Shown here: piece by piece, positions 1 to 10,970 of the stretch
Numbering within the stretch: position 1 is the first letter of the stretch
Layout of the letters: the number at the start of each line of letters is the position of its first letter
The notes under the pieces: generated by a model
Told to the model about the DNA's origin: nothing
Database searches by the model: none
The model's input: the letters and a program-made list of their open reading frames with translations, nothing else
Position numbers and translations under genes: made by a program
From: a virus
Virus record (IMG/VR): IMGVR_UViG_3300032235_000792
Length of the DNA stretch: 64,000 bases
Strand: one strand, 5' to 3'

Positions 1-2955
1 GTAGATGTGTATAACCCCAATGCTCAATTTACAGTAATTGGAGTAAAGGGCGAGCAGCAGATTCAGTGTGTAGGTGATTCAGCAGACTCACTTAACGGCA
101 AATATTTTGTACTATCTGCGCCAGATGGATCTACTGTAAAATTTTGGTATGATAACAACGATGCTGGTACAGTAGAGCCAGCTATTGGTACAACAACAAG
201 ATCTTGGGAGATCAATGTTGTGACTGATGCATCAGACGTAGACGTAGCAACTACCACAGCAGCTGCTATAATGAATGATTTAGCTTTTAGCTCTGCAACT
301 AATTTAAGTGGTACATCTAGTCTAATAACAATAACAAATGCAGACAATGGTATTTCAGCTGTTGGCAGTAATGGAGCGGGATCAAACTCTGCAGGTTTTA
401 CATTTACGGAGACTGTTATTGGTGTATTAGACACATATGAAACTTTAAATTTAGTTAGCAAATTCACTGTGTTCCCAATGCAAGATACAGATGCAGCAGC
501 TATTGTCTTAAAAATAAATGAAACTAAAATATTAGAATCAGTGGTTAAGACCGCAGGAAGCTTCTCAAAGGCCACAAGAGAAATATATAACACAACAATA
601 AACGAACTTGCATACGACCATGATCCTGATCCTGCAAGTGGAAAAAATGAGCATGTGAGTCTATGGGATTCTTCTAACTGGGTTTCTACTTTTAGAAATT
701 TAAATCCAAATTTTGAATTAAAATCAGAATTAGCTTTAAGTGGTGTTTCATCTAATTACCAAATGGACACTGCACCCAACGTCGACGGTACTCAAGGCGA
801 GTATTTCAAACTTGTGCCATGTAATTTAAAAAACCTTCAGCATCATCTTGCTCATAAAGCATTATCTCAATTATCTATAGTTTCTGACATAGACTTCGCT
901 GCAAAAAACAAAAAAATTCAAATAAAATCTAAACTTCTTGGTTCAAATGGTGCAATTGAAGTTGTTGGAGGAAGGGCCAATATCGCTTCATTTAAAATAT
1001 TTGGCGATTCTTCTATTAGTGAAGTTAATGACAATAAATATTTAGAGACAAAAATTCGTGCTTTTCCTAATACGTTTAGTCCAGGTCAACACGTTGTATT
1101 AAGTAATGATTTTGGTGTAGAAAGACTAAATCGAATGAATAGTCTAGATACAATGGATGTAGTCAAGGTTGGCAATGGTTGTGAATATAAGTTTAATGCT
1201 AAAGCAACTAACTTTAATGAATTTACTAATATATCCATAGTTGATGCTAACACCGTGGATCCTACCTCGTATCCAAAGCCTGGGATAGTTTGGAGGTGGA
1301 CTCACGATGATATTCTTGCAACATTGGCAAATGTTTCACCTGGTGATATAGTTATGGCAAGTGGAATACCAGCTTGGGACGCAGGAAACATGGTTTCAGA
1401 AACTGGAAGCGGTGCAGTCGGTGGATTTCCGATTATTAAAGTATCTAACACAGATAAATATATAGACGTAGTAAATACTAGCGGCGCGGCAATGCCGTCA
1501 ACAAGTATAGGATCTGGAACTCTTAATATAAGTGCTACACCAATAATAGAGTGGAAGCTACAACACTCCAGTGATGTGGTATCTCCAACTAAATATAAAA
1601 TTGAAAGCTTAGGTTACAATGATATGTTTAGATTATCTAGGCAACAGGGAACACCCGCAGCTAATTTTGCAAGTTGTGGTGCGGCAGTAGATGATATTTT
1701 GGTAATAAGCGGTACAACATTTAATTCAATAAACAGTGGTGAATTCAGAATCTTAGGTGTAGACGATGACTCCATTATATATCAAAATGTAAGTGCACAA
1801 GAAGACTTAGATGATTTCCGATCGTTTAATGATTTAGATATTGCAGTATTCTGGTCTACAAACTCAGAAGCTGTAACAGGGACAGCTGGTTCATTTGAAA
1901 ATGTAGCTATAGGGGATTGGGTTAAAAAGACAACAGATAGTGACGAGTATTTTGTTCAAGTCTTAGACTTATTAGATAATTCAAATGTGTCTGTATCATC
2001 TAATTTGGCTACGAAGTTATTGCTAGGGTCTAGCTACAATGGAATCAGCGGGTTTTCAAGATCACATGCGATAAATCAGACAACTGAGACAAACACGGGT
2101 AGATCACTTAAGAGTGTGTCTGATATAAGAATATTAGAGGCGGACTCTGTTAGACTAGGTGACAGCCTCTTCATTCCAGAAAATGTATCTACTTCGTGGT
2201 TTAATGTTCTTAATTGTGGAAAATTTGAAATAAAGGACTTCGGAACACGCTCTGTACTAGGCTCTAGTGACGATATGTATATTTACATTAAAGTAGAAAA
2301 TATAAGTGGAGTAGCTCAAGAAGACGTAAATATGGGTACAATCAATTCTAAGTTCGCAATAACTGAAGGTTATGAAAACAGATTTAGAAGCATTAAACAG
2401 ATAAAGCATGTAGCTATAGATGATATTAACTCAGATAGAAGGGTGGTATACCTGTCTCCAGGAGATAGATCGTACAAATGGAGCCAGTCTAATGCTACCT
2501 CAATATCTGCATTAGGTAAGATTGGATTCTCACAAGATATTACCTCAGGCATAGACGGATACCTATACTACACTGGTCTTCTTAGAAAAGTGCAAAGAAC
2601 TATCGATGGCTTTGAACCAGATCCATCTAATTTTCCAGGTAGACGCGCTGTAGGAAGCTTGATTGAGATACTGCCGCCACTACCAGTAAGAATATCGATT
2701 GCTATTGAAGTAACAACTAGAGACGGTATTAATCTAAGTGAAATAAGTGATGAAATAACGTCGTCAATAATAAATTATGTTTCAAATCTTGGTGTCGGAG
2801 AAGATGTCATACTTTCGGATATAATAGTTAGAGTTAAGAACATAGATGGTGTTGCAGCCGTGACGTTCATAACACCAGAGCCAAACAACGAGCGTATATT
2901 TGTTGGCAATGGAGAAAAGGCGTTTATTGAACCATCAGATATAAGTATAGCATAA
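1..2955 (+). CDS. Large baseplate wedge protein with C-terminal baseplate J-like domain (5' truncated by window edge)
   Basis: The frame is open from position 1. The C-terminus (IEILPPLPVRISIAIEV...IINYVSNLGVGEDVILSDIIVRVKNIDGVAAV) resembles gpJ/gp6 baseplate C-termini. Confidence 0.75.
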   Translation, partial: VDVYNPNAQFTVIGVKGEQQIQCVGDSADSLNGKYFVLSAPDGSTVKFWYDNNDAGTVEPAIGTTTRSWEINVVTDASDVDVATTTAAAIMNDLAFSSATNLSGTSSLITITNADNGISAVGSNGAGSNSAGFTFTETVIGVLDTYETLNLVSKFTVFPMQDTDAAAIVLKINETKILESVVKTAGSFSKATREIYNTTINELAYDHDPDPASGKNEHVSLWDSSNWVSTFRNLNPNFELKSELALSGVSSNYQMDTAPNVDGTQGEYFKLVPCNLKNLQHHLAHKALSQLSIVSDIDFAAKNKKIQIKSKLLGSNGAIEVVGGRANIASFKIFGDSSISEVNDNKYLETKIRAFPNTFSPGQHVVLSNDFGVERLNRMNSLDTMDVVKVGNGCEYKFNAKATNFNEFTNISIVDANTVDPTSYPKPGIVWRWTHDDILATLANVSPGDIVMASGIPAWDAGNMVSETGSGAVGGFPIIKVSNTDKYIDVVNTSGAAMPSTSIGSGTLNISATPIIEWKLQHSSDVVSPTKYKIESLGYNDMFRLSRQQGTPAANFASCGAAVDDILVISGTTFNSINSGEFRILGVDDDSIIYQNVSAQEDLDDFRSFNDLDIAVFWSTNSEAVTGTAGSFENVAIGDWVKKTTDSDEYFVQVLDLLDNSNVSVSSNLATKLLLGSSYNGISGFSRSHAINQTTETNTGRSLKSVSDIRILEADSVRLGDSLFIPENVSTSWFNVLNCGKFEIKDFGTRSVLGSSDDMYIYIKVENISGVAQEDVNMGTINSKFAITEGYENRFRSIKQIKHVAIDDINSDRRVVYLSPGDRSYKWSQSNATSISALGKIGFSQDITSGIDGYLYYTGLLRKVQRTIDGFEPDPSNFPGRRAVGSLIEILPPLPVRISIAIEVTTRDGINLSEISDEITSSIINYVSNLGVGEDVILSDIIVRVKNIDGVAAVTFITPEPNNERIFVGNGEKAFIEPSDISIA

Positions 2956-2962
2956 GGATTAT

Positions 2963-5092
2963 ATGGCAGAGGCTAAAAATAGAATAGATTCTTTACATGA
3001 TCAAATGCCTGCTATATATAGCACAAGAACCAATCCTAATTGGTCTGCTTTAATTAGTGCGCTAGGCTCATCAGATGATGAAATAATGCAATTAATTCAA
3101 TCAGTGAGAGAACAATTCTTTATTAAAACAGCTAAAAGGCCTTACTTAGATAGATTAGGCACTGCGAACTTAGTACAAAGACCTAGATTTATTGGAATGG
3201 ATGACTCTGCTTTTAGAAAATTTATTCCAGTAGTTGCGTACAGTCCAAAGCAAGTTAAGTTAATATTAGATGAATTACTAGATGTTTTCTTTTTCAAAGA
3301 CTCTACTACATCATTTGCCATGACTAACCAGTTTGAGCCTTTTGTGCTACAAGACGGCTGGGACTTAGAGTACGAGATAGACTCATATTCTAAAGAAAGA
3401 ATAGAATTTAGAGAAGAAGAGTTTGAAGATATTTCTAACGCAAAAGCAAATGAAATTGTTGCTGCAATAAATAGGCAGTCTTCTAATTCATTTGCAATAG
3501 CATTTGAAGACAATTTAACAAAAAAAATAAACATAAGAATATTTACAAACACAGTTGGATCAAAAGGCGCTGTGAAAATAATTGGTGGAAAAGCAAACAT
3601 CGGACTGCAGTTTGACGGATTTAACGAAGAAGCCGGAGCAGGCGGTAACTCAGAATGGGAAATAACAAAGATCGGTGATACCGTAAAAATGAGATACACC
3701 AATGTTGGTAACTCTCCAAAAATAGAGACTTTAAATGTTGGCGATGTAGTTATAATAACTAGACCAGAAAACGAGGGTAGTTTTTTAATTAATGAAGTTA
3801 ACGTAATAGAGAATTATATAGTTTTTACTAATATTTTCGCAACAGAAGAAACTTTTACTCAATCATCAACAGAAGATGTTAGATTTTTTACCCCACTTAA
3901 GAACAATGTGTTTTTAAAAGATAGAAGAGCTGTTGTTTGGGAAGTTAGGCCTGGCGAAATAATAGTTGAAATGCCGCCTTCTCCTCCTATTGTTAAAAGA
4001 AATAGAAAAGGCGCTGCTCATATAAACGGAATTGAATCCAAAGTACAAGCGTACAACAAAACATTAAGTAATATAACCCTAGATAGACCAGACGAGTTCC
4101 CAACAACAGGTGGGCAGTTCTATTTTATCCCTGAAAATGAAATACAGACGTACTTCCCCAACGATGGTGACACTACTTATTTTAAATACAATAGCAGATT
4201 ATGCAGTGATATGCCAATATATACATATGTGTCTAGGGTTGGCAATGTTATTCAGGGTGTGTCGCCTCAATTGCCAGATCCCGCTTCTCTAAATCAGTTT
4301 ATGCTTACATCAGCAAATAGAGACACAAGTAACACAATAACAGTAACCACAACAGTTCCTAATAATTACAGCATTAACGATTTTGCAATTATAGAAAACG
4401 CTATGTTAGGCGCAGGCTCTGGGCCTTCTGTTAATGGAACTTGGAGGATCACCGAGATAGTGAGTTCAACACAATTTAAAGCATATTCTTTTGGTGGATC
4501 TCATGGAGACCGCCAATCTACCGGTGGCACCGTTCGTGTTGAAAAAGCAGCATTCTCTACTAGTGGCGGAATAGTACTGATGCGTTCTTCTAAATTAGAG
4601 CCTAGAAAACTAGGTCCATATATATGGGACCAGGACTCTAACTTTGTGTTATCGTCTTTTACAGGAACGCTGACAGAAGAAATAAATGCAGGATCTACTC
4701 AGAGAAATATATACTTGTCCACAAACAACATACCTAATGAATCTGGTCAATTAATATTTAACTTTGGAACAGAGCGTGAAGAAGGGCCAGTTAGATTCTT
4801 CTTAAAACCAAGCTCTAATGTTATAGCGATAGACCCATCCTATGTGTTTGAAAATACTCATCAAGTTGGAGATTACGTGACGGTAATAAGAAGACAGGGA
4901 GGGATGGTGCTTGGGCCATACGGTGAACAGATAGCACCGTACATAACTGATCCAGCTGCAGCTAGAGAAGTACTAAAAGAGCTAATGCAAAGAGTTAAGT
5001 CCGTAGGTATCTTTATTAATTTCTTGGTGAGGTATCCAGAACAATATTATGCAACTATTGATGTTTATAGAAGCGGAATAGATCCAGGTTAG
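2963..5092 (+). CDS. Baseplate wedge protein (gpI/gp7-like N-terminus)
   Basis: N-terminal FFIKTAKRPYLDRLG...MDDSAFRKFI motif typical of gpI-like wedge proteins. Follows the gpJ-like gene. SD AAGGA. Confidence 0.6.
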   Translation: MAEAKNRIDSLHDQMPAIYSTRTNPNWSALISALGSSDDEIMQLIQSVREQFFIKTAKRPYLDRLGTANLVQRPRFIGMDDSAFRKFIPVVAYSPKQVKLILDELLDVFFFKDSTTSFAMTNQFEPFVLQDGWDLEYEIDSYSKERIEFREEEFEDISNAKANEIVAAINRQSSNSFAIAFEDNLTKKINIRIFTNTVGSKGAVKIIGGKANIGLQFDGFNEEAGAGGNSEWEITKIGDTVKMRYTNVGNSPKIETLNVGDVVIITRPENEGSFLINEVNVIENYIVFTNIFATEETFTQSSTEDVRFFTPLKNNVFLKDRRAVVWEVRPGEIIVEMPPSPPIVKRNRKGAAHINGIESKVQAYNKTLSNITLDRPDEFPTTGGQFYFIPENEIQTYFPNDGDTTYFKYNSRLCSDMPIYTYVSRVGNVIQGVSPQLPDPASLNQFMLTSANRDTSNTITVTTTVPNNYSINDFAIIENAMLGAGSGPSVNGTWRITEIVSSTQFKAYSFGGSHGDRQSTGGTVRVEKAAFSTSGGIVLMRSSKLEPRKLGPYIWDQDSNFVLSSFTGTLTEEINAGSTQRNIYLSTNNIPNESGQLIFNFGTEREEGPVRFFLKPSSNVIAIDPSYVFENTHQVGDYVTVIRRQGGMVLGPYGEQIAPYITDPAAAREVLKELMQRVKSVGIFINFLVRYPEQYYATIDVYRSGIDPG

Positions 5093-5101
5093 CACGTATT
5101 C

Positions 5102-5110
5102 TGGTATAAT
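5102..5110 (+). promoter_or_regulatory. Extended -10 promoter TGGTATAAT
   Basis: Intergenic. The 15-mer TGGTATAATTAAGTA is identical at 39684. Confidence 0.75.
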
Positions 5111-5140
5111 TAAGTATATTTAGAGGCTAAAGGAAGTTGC

Positions 5141-8100
5141 ATGGCAGTATTAGGAAGAGTTTTAGTCAGTTCAGCTGAACGACTTGATTTACCAGATTTT
5201 CTAAGTATCGACTCTTATACACAGGGTGACTTCAAATACTTAATTAAATCTTTTGTAGGATCAGACAAGGCCTATGTGCTAAAAGGGTTTGAAGTAATAA
5301 ACCCTAATGCAGCAATCGATACGCAAAACTTATCAATTAATGTAGCAAATTCAGTAGTTTACTATCCAGATTCAAAAGCTGGCCCTTTCTTTTATGGCTT
5401 AGAGGATGGAAATCCAAAAGCAGCACCGCTAGTTCCTGAATTAAGAAAAAACGCAATAAATTATGTTTATCTAGTACTATCAACATCAGAGTCTGCAAAA
5501 GATTCTCGTGCTTTTTGGGATCCTGATAGAGAGGGCGGCGTTGGTGGAGAATTCAATCAAGATGTAAGTACAGAGTCGTTTTTATCAGTAGAAGTTAACG
5601 TATCAGTATCAGGGTTTCCAGATAATGTAGTACCAGTATGTAAAGTTACAGTTGGCACTAGCGTCATATCTTCTATAGAAGATTGTAGAAATTTAATGTT
5701 TAGACTTGGATCAGGTGGCATAAGCCCGAATCCTTTATCTAGATTTGAATTTAGAGAACAACCTCTAGCACAATATAAGAGATCAGAGCCAAATACCAAG
5801 ATGACTAAATACGACCCTAATTCTTTTAGGGGAGGAGACAAGAACATCTATACACTTAAAGAGTGGATGGATGCGGTCATGACAAGATTGTTAGAGCTTG
5901 GCGGTACTACATATTGGTATCAAGATCAGTCTTCTTATAGCTTAGTAAACATATTTAAAGATGCATTGGCTACGTCTATAAAATCAAAAGGCACTTGGGC
6001 AAACTCAGATGTTACACCAGGGCTTTTAACTTGGACAGAAGATATTATTCTTCAGTCAATGACAGATAAAAGAGATATAGTGATTAGAGCTGGAGATGCA
6101 ACACTTGGTGATGGCCAGGTTATGCTAATTAAACAGCAAAGAAATATACCAATAAATAGCGGTTCCGTTTCTGCAGATTGGATACAAGGTGTTAATTACA
6201 TAAATGCTCAAGATAATGGCCAAGGTACTTTTGAAAATTTATCAAAAGGAGACTGGATAAAGAAGGCTGGAGATCCAGATTACAGATTTCGTAGGGTTGA
6301 AAGATTCTGGATCGGACAGGAAAAAAGCGTGGGGCTTACATCAGATGCAGCAATCGCTCAGTGTGTAGAGCTAAGCGAACCATATGAAGGACTGAGCGAG
6401 CTATCACAAGGAATATTTAGCAAAGGTGAATACAGTAACGTAGATATTCAAGTTTTAGATAGAGATGATCCCATGCTGTATGATGCTGGTGGAGATCTTT
6501 GTTGGTTAGCTACTAGAGCAGATAGAATACTAAACATTTCAGATATAGTGTCAACTGAGTTAATAATCGATATTAGTGATCATGACGGTCAAAAAGCTAA
6601 GTGTACGTCTGTTGCGCATAATTTATCTGACAAGCAGAGAATTTACATAGCAAGTCCTTCTTTATTTGAAGGTGAATATCAGATAGAGGTTGAAAGCGAA
6701 GATATTTTTTATATAATGAATTCGAGTAGTTCGCTTGCTGATGAAGTTGGACAAAGTGCTTACTTTGCAACAGTCACAACTGCAGCAAATTATTCGTCGC
6801 CAGGTTTGTTCTTGTTAGAATCTGAGAACCATGGCTTTGATGTTAATCATAACATTTCTGTAACTGGATCTTCTGCCGGATACAACAACACGTACAAAGT
6901 CTTTCCTAAGACATCTACAGAGTTTACGATACCTGTGACGTCTTTGCTTCCATCAGAATCTTTTACAAGTGATCCAGCTAAGGTAACATCTGTTGAGATT
7001 TATGTAAGGACTGATATTGGTCCAACCAAGATTGAACAGGGCGAAATTAAACAAATCGGAAAAGTAGATTCGCAGAATATTATGTCTTTTATAGGCATGG
7101 AAAATTCTGCAATGATGAAGCCTGTATACTCTGTTGAACCTTTTTACAATACAATATTTGGGCAAGAAAACTACAACTCTAGTTCTGCGGATAATCTGAC
7201 ACAAAGAGTATCTAAACTATCTGCAATGATGGCAGATAAAGCACAAGATAAGACAATAACGTATGATTTGCAAAATGTATACGCTATAGTTAACACTCAA
7301 AATGGATCATACAGGGATATCGCCGCTTTTGCAAAAGCTGGTACTATACCTAAACTATTGTTCATTCAACCATCTACAGAATATAAAGTTGAAATTACAT
7401 TAAGCGGAACAATCAGCCTATTAGAGAATCAGGTCGCGTATTTACAACTCAACAGAAATGGAAATACTCTGATATCTAACCTAAACTCTTTAATAATAAC
7501 AGACACAGATAAGTTACCTTTAAGTGAGAACATATTTATTTTCGCCATTAGAGGTCCGGGTGGATCTGTTCTTCTATGGGATAAAACTCCCGTAAGAAAT
7601 TACTCGACTATATTAGATGAAGCTGAAGTTCAAGTAACAACGATAACCTTACCTTCGTCTTCAAGCATAAGTTCTGGTCAATATTTTAATATAAACTCAG
7701 CACTTGATACAAACAAATACTACGTGTGGTTTAACAAAAACAGTGGTGGACTGGACCCTTTTGTTATAGGTAAGATCGGCATAGAAGTTCAAGTTAGCAC
7801 TGGTGATAGCAACGCAAGTATTGCAGCCGCATTAAATTCAGCAATAAATGCAATAGCAAGCAGCGATATGTCTTCCATAGATAATCTAGACGGAACAGTC
7901 ACTATAACTAACAATATTGCTGGTTTTTGTACTGATGCATCTAATGTAGATGTCGGAGGATCATTCTCTGTATTTATAAATCAAGTAGGAACCGGCGCTC
8001 AATTAAATTTTGTATCTGACGGCGATTTGCTAGAAACAAGTATTAAAAAATTAGATGAAAAATTAGCAGAATTATCGCAAAGTATACCTAAAAAAGCTTA

Positions 8101-8881
8101 CGAAGAAACGATAACTATAACGTCTGGACCTACGACTGGCCTAAGTGAAGTAAATGAACTAGACGCAGTATCCGGATCAGAGTTACAGATTCCGCTAGAT
8201 TCTAGAAATAGCAATCTAGTAAAAAGTTATACAGTAAATTCTGGTCAATTAGAAGTATTCTTAAATGGGCAGTATTTAACACTTGACCAAGATTGGGAGC
8301 AGGTTGGAGCGAGCCAGGAAGAGTCGATAAAGATCAAGCTACTAAGAGACATGCAAGACGGAGATGTTCTTCTTGTTAGAATAGATAATACAAGCTTTTC
8401 CGGATCTGGTGGAGGCGGTGGATCATACGGCGAAGCGAATACTGCATCTAATGTCGGTGGTGGATTTTCTTTATTTAAAAACAAAATTGGCGTTGATTTA
8501 AAGTTTAGAACACTGGTTGCCGGAGCTGGAGTATCAATATCTCAGTCAAGCGATGTAGTATCGATATCTTCAACACCAACAGCTTCACTATTAAGTGTTG
8601 TAACTATAAACGGTACTAATTACAATATATTACCATCGAATGATGTAATATTAGTTAGTAATTTAGGCATGCTTGTCAGTGTATATTTGCCGTCTGCAGC
8701 AGCTAATCCAGGTAAAAGATTCGATATTAAAAAAGTAGACTCTGGTAGCATTGTTAGAATTAGAGGCCAAAGCGGTGACACTCTTGATGATGTGAATTTA
8801 TTTACAAGCTCAATAGATATATCTATACAGTATGAATCAGTTACAGTAGTAAGCAACGGTGTAGCCTGGTTTATAATATAA
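5141..8881 (+). CDS. Large baseplate-associated tail fibre/structural protein
   Basis: 1246 aa, beta-rich modules shared with neighbouring tail proteins. Own promoter and SD. Confidence 0.6.
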   Translation: MAVLGRVLVSSAERLDLPDFLSIDSYTQGDFKYLIKSFVGSDKAYVLKGFEVINPNAAIDTQNLSINVANSVVYYPDSKAGPFFYGLEDGNPKAAPLVPELRKNAINYVYLVLSTSESAKDSRAFWDPDREGGVGGEFNQDVSTESFLSVEVNVSVSGFPDNVVPVCKVTVGTSVISSIEDCRNLMFRLGSGGISPNPLSRFEFREQPLAQYKRSEPNTKMTKYDPNSFRGGDKNIYTLKEWMDAVMTRLLELGGTTYWYQDQSSYSLVNIFKDALATSIKSKGTWANSDVTPGLLTWTEDIILQSMTDKRDIVIRAGDATLGDGQVMLIKQQRNIPINSGSVSADWIQGVNYINAQDNGQGTFENLSKGDWIKKAGDPDYRFRRVERFWIGQEKSVGLTSDAAIAQCVELSEPYEGLSELSQGIFSKGEYSNVDIQVLDRDDPMLYDAGGDLCWLATRADRILNISDIVSTELIIDISDHDGQKAKCTSVAHNLSDKQRIYIASPSLFEGEYQIEVESEDIFYIMNSSSSLADEVGQSAYFATVTTAANYSSPGLFLLESENHGFDVNHNISVTGSSAGYNNTYKVFPKTSTEFTIPVTSLLPSESFTSDPAKVTSVEIYVRTDIGPTKIEQGEIKQIGKVDSQNIMSFIGMENSAMMKPVYSVEPFYNTIFGQENYNSSSADNLTQRVSKLSAMMADKAQDKTITYDLQNVYAIVNTQNGSYRDIAAFAKAGTIPKLLFIQPSTEYKVEITLSGTISLLENQVAYLQLNRNGNTLISNLNSLIITDTDKLPLSENIFIFAIRGPGGSVLLWDKTPVRNYSTILDEAEVQVTTITLPSSSSISSGQYFNINSALDTNKYYVWFNKNSGGLDPFVIGKIGIEVQVSTGDSNASIAAALNSAINAIASSDMSSIDNLDGTVTITNNIAGFCTDASNVDVGGSFSVFINQVGTGAQLNFVSDGDLLETSIKKLDEKLAELSQSIPKKAYEETITITSGPTTGLSEVNELDAVSGSELQIPLDSRNSNLVKSYTVNSGQLEVFLNGQYLTLDQDWEQVGASQEESIKIKLLRDMQDGDVLLVRIDNTSFSGSGGGGGSYGEANTASNVGGGFSLFKNKIGVDLKFRTLVAGAGVSISQSSDVVSISSTPTASLLSVVTINGTNYNILPSNDVILVSNLGMLVSVYLPSAAANPGKRFDIKKVDSGSIVRIRGQSGDTLDDVNLFTSSIDISIQYESVTVVSNGVAWFII

Positions 8882-8890
8882 GAGGTTTTT

Positions 8891-9331
8891 ATGACTTACA
8901 GACCATATTCTCAAATATCTAGCTCAGTAGACTTATCTACGATAAAGACGCCATTATTAAATAGTAGCGGTCTTACTATATTGGAACACATGCCTGTTAA
9001 GGTCAATGTAAACGGAGACGTCGCATTTGTTGATGTATCTAATGAAAATGATATATTTAGCTTAGTCGGCATATCAAATACTATGATAACATCTGGTACA
9101 TATGGTGACATAGTTACTCAAGGTCGTGTCGTAGATATTAGCGGCTTTGATTTTGGTGAATATGTTTATATATCTAAAACTGGCGGACTAACAAATATTC
9201 TGCCAGATGAAGGTAGCTATGGGTTCGTATCTGGAGACTGGGTCGTGAAGGTTGGAGTAATAGCTAAAAATCCAAGTGACCCTATGCTAAAAGATCTTAT
9301 CGTCAATATGCAGATAGTTGGACAATTGTAA
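8891..9331 (+). CDS. Virion structural protein (capsid-fibre/cement-like small beta domain)
   Basis: G-x-IVTQG...GEYVYISKTGGLTN pattern common in phage structural modules. SD GAGG. Confidence 0.5.
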   Translation: MTYRPYSQISSSVDLSTIKTPLLNSSGLTILEHMPVKVNVNGDVAFVDVSNENDIFSLVGISNTMITSGTYGDIVTQGRVVDISGFDFGEYVYISKTGGLTNILPDEGSYGFVSGDWVVKVGVIAKNPSDPMLKDLIVNMQIVGQL

Positions 9332-9332
9332 C

Positions 9333-9503
9333 ATGAGTGCATTTAATGTTGAAGGATTGTCAGAAGAAGAACTATTAGAGGTGCAGAAGGAAATATCCGA
9401 GGCGCTTATACAAATATTAAACAGAACAGAAAAAGAATCAAACTCTGTATTGGAAAAATACGGTTTAAAATGTCAGATTCTTTTTGAATTAAAAGAAAGA
9501 TAG
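9333..9503 (+). CDS. Small hypothetical protein
   Basis: ATG at 9333 directly after the upstream stop. 56 aa, helical and acidic. Confidence 0.55.
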   Translation: MSAFNVEGLSEEELLEVQKEISEALIQILNRTEKESNSVLEKYGLKCQILFELKER

Positions 9504-9511
9504 GACTAACT

Positions 9512-10891
9512 ATGGCGGAAATATCTAAGTTATCAAGATTAATGGGTGGAGCTAGCAGAAACATAAGCTTTGCTACTAATACGCTTGTCGTAGATAATCT
9601 AAAACTAAAATTAGGAGGCACAGGGTCTGTATCTTTTTCTGGTGCTTTAACATCAGATTACACTATAGGTGTACCTAATGAGAACGTTAATTTAGGCAAT
9701 GTTAACTCATTAAATACACTAAGCGGTGTATCAGCTGGATCAGCGAATTTAGGAGCTTTTCCTGGGTCTGTTATTCAAAACAATAGAAGCATTAAAGGCG
9801 CTCTGCAAGATCTAGAATCATATATAGAGAGTAACACTGGCGGAACATTTTCTGATGTAAATTTTTCTGTCTATGACGATATAGATCCTAGTAAAAGAAT
9901 ACTATTTCAGGCTTCTGGAATAGCGACTGGGCAGTCTAGGTCTATCCTAATGCCTAATTCAGATGTTGATCTAGGCCTAATATCTACACATGAAACAAGA
10001 TTAGATGATGTAGAAGATTCTGTTACAGACCATGAGACACGAATATCTGTAATAGAAGACGCGCTATCTTACAGTAAATTAACTGTTTTTTCAAGTAATT
10101 CAAGTGTATACCAAGATGGGTCAAGGGGCACGGCAGATACTAGTTCTGATTTTAGAGATGGTTGGTATTTTAAAAATACATCGATTAGACAATCCATAAA
10201 TTGGAAACTATTTGATGAGCCTAGCTCAATAACTTTAGATAATTTTTTTGCTTATGCTGTTGTAACTTTTGATTCTACCATAGATACGCCATATATAACG
10301 ATATATACTGAACCTACAGGAACAGGCGACTTCGACCCTTCTTATCACTCAAAGGCAGTATATGCAATTACTTCTCCAATAGCTATTAATGAAAAGTATT
10401 TAATTCATGTAGGTAACGCTCCGAGTATTCATCCTGAATTACCTAGAATTGAGCTTACACTAGATTCATCTAGGTCGCAAGGTGATTTAGCAGATTCTGA
10501 AAATGTAATAAAGTGTAATTTAGAAACAGATGCAGCTAGTGTTTACGATAATCTACAATTTGTAGTAGATAGACTTGGTTTGAATTTAGCCAGTAAGAAA
10601 GTTGACTTTAGTTTAAGAATAAAGGAGCTATCTGGAAAAGAGCGGTTTCCTATAAACGATGTGGCTCAATTTGTTCATATTGACTTATCTAAAGAAGTTA
10701 TAGAAAGTTCTCTCGTTGTCAGCATTGATAGGCTAATGTTGCATGAAGACGATGACTATACCTTAAGTACTGTTCAAACAGTAGATGGTCTAGTCACTAG
10801 ATTAACATGGGCCGGAGATATTGCTATTGGTGGCGATTCTGCGATAGAAATTGGTGACAATATAAGAGTGAATTATCGACACAACGCGTAA
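9512..10891 (+). CDS. Fibre-like virion protein
   Basis: Short coiled coil (HETRLDDVE...HETRISVIE), a ~180 aa globular domain shared with 13706, and a C-terminal module shared with 10971 and 13706. Confidence 0.6.
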   Translation: MAEISKLSRLMGGASRNISFATNTLVVDNLKLKLGGTGSVSFSGALTSDYTIGVPNENVNLGNVNSLNTLSGVSAGSANLGAFPGSVIQNNRSIKGALQDLESYIESNTGGTFSDVNFSVYDDIDPSKRILFQASGIATGQSRSILMPNSDVDLGLISTHETRLDDVEDSVTDHETRISVIEDALSYSKLTVFSSNSSVYQDGSRGTADTSSDFRDGWYFKNTSIRQSINWKLFDEPSSITLDNFFAYAVVTFDSTIDTPYITIYTEPTGTGDFDPSYHSKAVYAITSPIAINEKYLIHVGNAPSIHPELPRIELTLDSSRSQGDLADSENVIKCNLETDAASVYDNLQFVVDRLGLNLASKKVDFSLRIKELSGKERFPINDVAQFVHIDLSKEVIESSLVVSIDRLMLHEDDDYTLSTVQTVDGLVTRLTWAGDIAIGGDSAIEIGDNIRVNYRHNA

Positions 10892-10929
10892 ATAGTTAGT
10901 TATACTCATCATTGCTTAACCCAAAAATA

Positions 10930-10938
10930 TGTTAAAAT
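10930..10938 (+). promoter_or_regulatory. Extended -10 promoter TGTTAAAAT
   Basis: Intergenic, 32 nt upstream of ATG 10971. Confidence 0.55.
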
Positions 10939-10970
10939 AGTGACATAAAAAATATCTTAAAGGGGATAGC